Positions 53,646 to 56,067 of a stretch of 56,067 nucleotides of DNA are shown here, one piece after another (position 1 is the stretch's first letter; the number at the start of each line of letters is the position of its first letter). A program made the translations under genes and the position numbers. The notes under the pieces are model-generated. The model did not search any database. It saw only the letters and a program-made list of their open reading frames with translations, and was not told the origin of the DNA. This stretch comes from Thermoplasmata archaeon (GTDB taxonomy: Archaea > Thermoplasmatota > Thermoplasmata > Thermoplasmatales > Thermoplasmataceae): the NCBI GenBank assembly GCA_021818765.1, contig JAKATM010000001.1, positions 1 to 56,067 of the forward strand. The letters are read 5' to 3'.

Positions 53646-55085
53646 TCACTTTCTTGGCCTCATTGTCGGGAAAGCAAGGAGCTCCTTGATTGAAATATTG
53701 TCAGTTAATATCATTGCAAGCCTGTCTATTGATAGGCCAATACCGGCTGTCGGGGGCATACCGAACTCGATGGCTTCCAGGAACTCCTCATCGGATGGCG
53801 GTGCCTCGGCATCTCCACGCTGTCTTTCCCTCTCCTGATCCTCAAACTTTTTCCGCTGCTCTATAGGATCTGTAAGTTCAGAATAACAGTTGCCCTCCTC
53901 CCTGCCTGCGATATATACCTCGAATCTTTCACTTAGTTTTGGGTTCCCCCTCTTATCTTTTGTGAGAGGACACATATAAGCCGGGAAGTCAAGGACGAAT
54001 GTGGGATCGCTGAGATTTGGCTTGATGTATTTATCGAAGAGCCCATCAGCAACATGATAGGCGTTGAATGTAGATGTTTTCAACCCTTCGCACCTGGCAA
54101 CTTCCCTTGACTCTTCATCAGTAAGGACCGACACGTCTATTCCTGAGAGTTTTTTAACCTCCTCGACCCAGTAGACCCTCTTGAACGGAGGGGTGAAATC
54201 AAGCTCCTTCCCCTGGTAAGTTATCTTGTAGGAACCGAATAGATTTTTGACCAGTGAGGAGAGCAGTTCCTCCGTCATGGTCATGAAGTCATTGTAATCC
54301 TTGTAAGCCTCGTAGAATTCTACCTGCGTAAATTCTGGATTATGTGTGGAATCTATATCCTCGTTCCTGAAGTCTTTACACACCTCATAGACCTTTTCCA
54401 TTCCACCTATGATTAGCCTCTTGAGGTAGAGTTCGTCAGAGACCCTGAGATAGAAATCTGCGTCAAGTGCTCTGTATCGCGTTACAAAAGGTTCTGCGTT
54501 TGCACCCCCATAGGTAGGCTGGAGAATGGGTGTTTCGAACTCAATGTAACCACGTGAATCAAGGAAATTTCGAAAGTAGCTGAGTATTTTGGCACGTGTG
54601 ATGAAATATTTCCTGATCTCGGGGTTTGCGGTAAGATCAAGATGCCTCTGCCTGTATCTCATCTCTGTGTCGCTCAGACCATGAAACTTTTCCGGCATGG
54701 GGCTCAATGATTTCGATAAAACGGTTATTTCTGCAGCTTCGATACTGATCTCCCCGCGTTTCGACTTATTTATGGTACCATAAATGCCAAGAATGTCACC
54801 CATGTCTATGAGATCGAGCAGCCCAATGGATTTCGCTGAAGTCATTTGCGGCGAGACCAGAACCTGAATCTTGTCGGATGCATCGAGAATGTCTATAAAG
54901 TAAAGCTGCCCCATGTGGCGGATGCTCATTGCCCTTCCAGCGATCGATGTCTTCCTTCCCTTCAGTGTTTCATAGTCTTTCTTGATATCGCCAGCATGCA
55001 TCTCCTGCTTGAAAGAATATGGATATGGATCTATTCCATTATCCAGCATCTTCTTTAGTTTTTCCTGCTTAAACCTGTCTATCAT
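53646..55085 (-). CDS. lysS: Lysyl-tRNA synthetase, class II
   Basis: 479 aa. N-terminal OB anticodon-binding domain (..IAGRAMSIRHMGQLYFIDI..) and a class II core (..FRNEDIDSTHNPEFTQVEFY.., ..GMPPTAGIGLSIDRLAMIL..). Confidence 0.95.
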   Translation of the reverse strand: MIDRFKQEKLKKMLDNGIDPYPYSFKQEMHAGDIKKDYETLKGRKTSIAGRAMSIRHMGQLYFIDILDASDKIQVLVSPQMTSAKSIGLLDLIDMGDILGIYGTINKSKRGEISIEAAEITVLSKSLSPMPEKFHGLSDTEMRYRQRHLDLTANPEIRKYFITRAKILSYFRNFLDSRGYIEFETPILQPTYGGANAEPFVTRYRALDADFYLRVSDELYLKRLIIGGMEKVYEVCKDFRNEDIDSTHNPEFTQVEFYEAYKDYNDFMTMTEELLSSLVKNLFGSYKITYQGKELDFTPPFKRVYWVEEVKKLSGIDVSVLTDEESREVARCEGLKTSTFNAYHVADGLFDKYIKPNLSDPTFVLDFPAYMCPLTKDKRGNPKLSERFEVYIAGREEGNCYSELTDPIEQRKKFEDQERERQRGDAEAPPSDEEFLEAIEFGMPPTAGIGLSIDRLAMILTDNISIKELLAFPTMRPRK

Positions 55086-55229
55086 TCCTGCACCATGTTC
55101 CCTTCTGCTGTAAGTACATCCTGTCTCTTATTATGCATCTATTCACCACATCAGCATACATTAAAAAAATGCCTTCCTTTCATTGCATGAAGAAAGATCA
55201 CCTGTTGATCGCATTTATACCGGGATTGT

Positions 55230-55838
55230 TTATTTCCTTATTCCCACAAGCCTAGTCCTGATTAGAGATCGTAGCCTTACGCCGGATATTTCATCATCGG
55301 CCATCTTTGAAGCCAGGACAACGGCAAGGATCGGTTTTCCACCCTCTTTTTTAATATCGGCGATAGTCCTCTTCAGTGTCTCACCAGTGCTTGCAACATC
55401 ATCAATTATTACTATGTTTTTTCCCTTCACGGAAGCAAAGTTGCTGCTGAAAACTCCCTCCTTTCTTGCCGGGTGAGGCCTGTAAACAATCAGCTCTTTA
55501 TCAAGAAAATATGAAGCCATTGTCGCAAAGGGGATGCCGTTGATTGTAATTCCAAGAATTGCATCAGCAATAATGTTCATTGAGGTAGATTCTTCCTCTA
55601 TTATATCGCAGATTGTCTCCGAGAACGCACTAATCCTGCTTCCGTAAACGCCTATTGTTCTCCATCCTATCTTTACATCCTGGACCGTTGATTCCTTCAG
55701 GAATTCCTTGCTGAGAAGCCATGCAACTGTATTGACCGAAAGATGTAACTCTGTAGATATCTCCTTATCGGACATTCCCCTATTCTTAAGCTCAAATGCG
55801 CGCTTGTAAAGCTCCTCGATACTTTTCATTCCAATCAC
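55230..55838 (-). CDS. Orotate phosphoribosyltransferase-like regulator (GfcR/PyrE-like with N-terminal HTH)
   Basis: 202 aa. N-terminal HTH (..[21 protein letters not shown]..) fused to a type I PRTase domain with the PRPP loop [15 protein letters not shown]. Confidence 0.75.
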   Translation of the reverse strand: MIGMKSIEELYKRAFELKNRGMSDKEISTELHLSVNTVAWLLSKEFLKESTVQDVKIGWRTIGVYGSRISAFSETICDIIEEESTSMNIIADAILGITINGIPFATMASYFLDKELIVYRPHPARKEGVFSSNFASVKGKNIVIIDDVASTGETLKRTIADIKKEGGKPILAVVLASKMADDEISGVRLRSLIRTRLVGIRK

Positions 55839-55952
55839 TTTCTACTGTATTGTTATTATTAAGACATATTATATTTTACTTATCCTTTTATTTTAACATT
55901 GCAAGGATGTCATGCATATGGTTCCTTTCAATAGCTGATGTGCCGCTCCTAT

Positions 55953-56067
55953 CTAGAGGGAGGACTCAAGCTCTTTCCTGATTATTGCTGCGATTGCGAT
56001 AAGTTCATCCTTTGCGGATATTTTACGTTCCCATTTAAGCGGCCTCTCCGAAAAACGGCCCTTTCCT
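55953..56067 (-). CDS. 3' end of an unidentified gene (partial, continues beyond the window)
   Basis: The minus-strand frame reads ..GKGRFSERPLKWERKISAKDELIAIAAIIRKELESSL, then TAG at 55953-55955. Too short to assign. Confidence 0.3.
   Translation of the reverse strand, partial: GKGRFSERPLKWERKISAKDELIAIAAIIRKELESSL

Noticed and set aside
1-56067. CRISPR arrays, rRNA genes and large tandem repeats
   Set aside because: Reading the window, I found no regularly spaced direct repeats, no rRNA-like segments and no extended tandem repeats. This was a visual scan only and should be confirmed computationally.

Overview
Dense, mostly housekeeping chromosomal window that looks like a Thermoplasmatales-type euryarchaeon. 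The pointers are an A1A0 ATP synthase operon with a P-loop intein in atpA, a fused Kae1-Bud32, aIF2-gamma, ribosomal protein S6e, an archaeal-type SAM synthetase, TATA boxes about 25 nt upstream of several start codons, and many 1-nt or 4-nt stop/start overlaps. I can support about 60 CDS, one tRNA-Pro(CGG), one frameshifted IS transposase remnant at the left edge and one intein. I saw no rRNA and no CRISPR array. Functional blocks from left to right: IS remnant, tRNA-Pro and a degenerate MBL-like ORF; DtxR-family regulator, aldo/keto reductase and hutH; a sequon-rich surface protein; thrS; fixC-fixX-etfB-etfA; EndoIII-like gene, aIF2-gamma and S6e; kae1-bud32, ITPase, SAM synthetase and acylphosphatase; threonine dehydratase; three hypothetical genes; 3-hydroxyacyl-CoA dehydrogenase; an AT-rich ABC-transporter/wHTH cassette; the ATP synthase operon in the order K-E-C-F-A-B-D-(small ORF)-H-I; esterase; methylmalonyl-CoA mutase with meaB; a nitrogen-catabolism cluster; class II lysS; and a GfcR-like regulator. 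The nitrogen-catabolism cluster is the best candidate for an undescribed system. It combines a CodA-like amidohydrolase, a membrane protein, fdrA, a mini-ORF, DUF1116, DUF2877 and an isochorismatase-like hydrolase, and it sits divergent from carbamate kinase and asparaginase. It resembles the E. coli AllFGH oxamate carbamoyltransferase plus carbamate kinase module, but the accessory enzymes are different and no allantoin genes are present. Other points worth follow-up: two unannotated, translationally coupled mini-ORFs (one in the atp operon, one in the fdrA cluster); a 358-aa atpA intein with a degenerate endonuclease core; a zinc-ribbon insertion in ThrRS; and the low-GC ABC cassette. All function calls come from reading motifs by eye. 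No database search was run.
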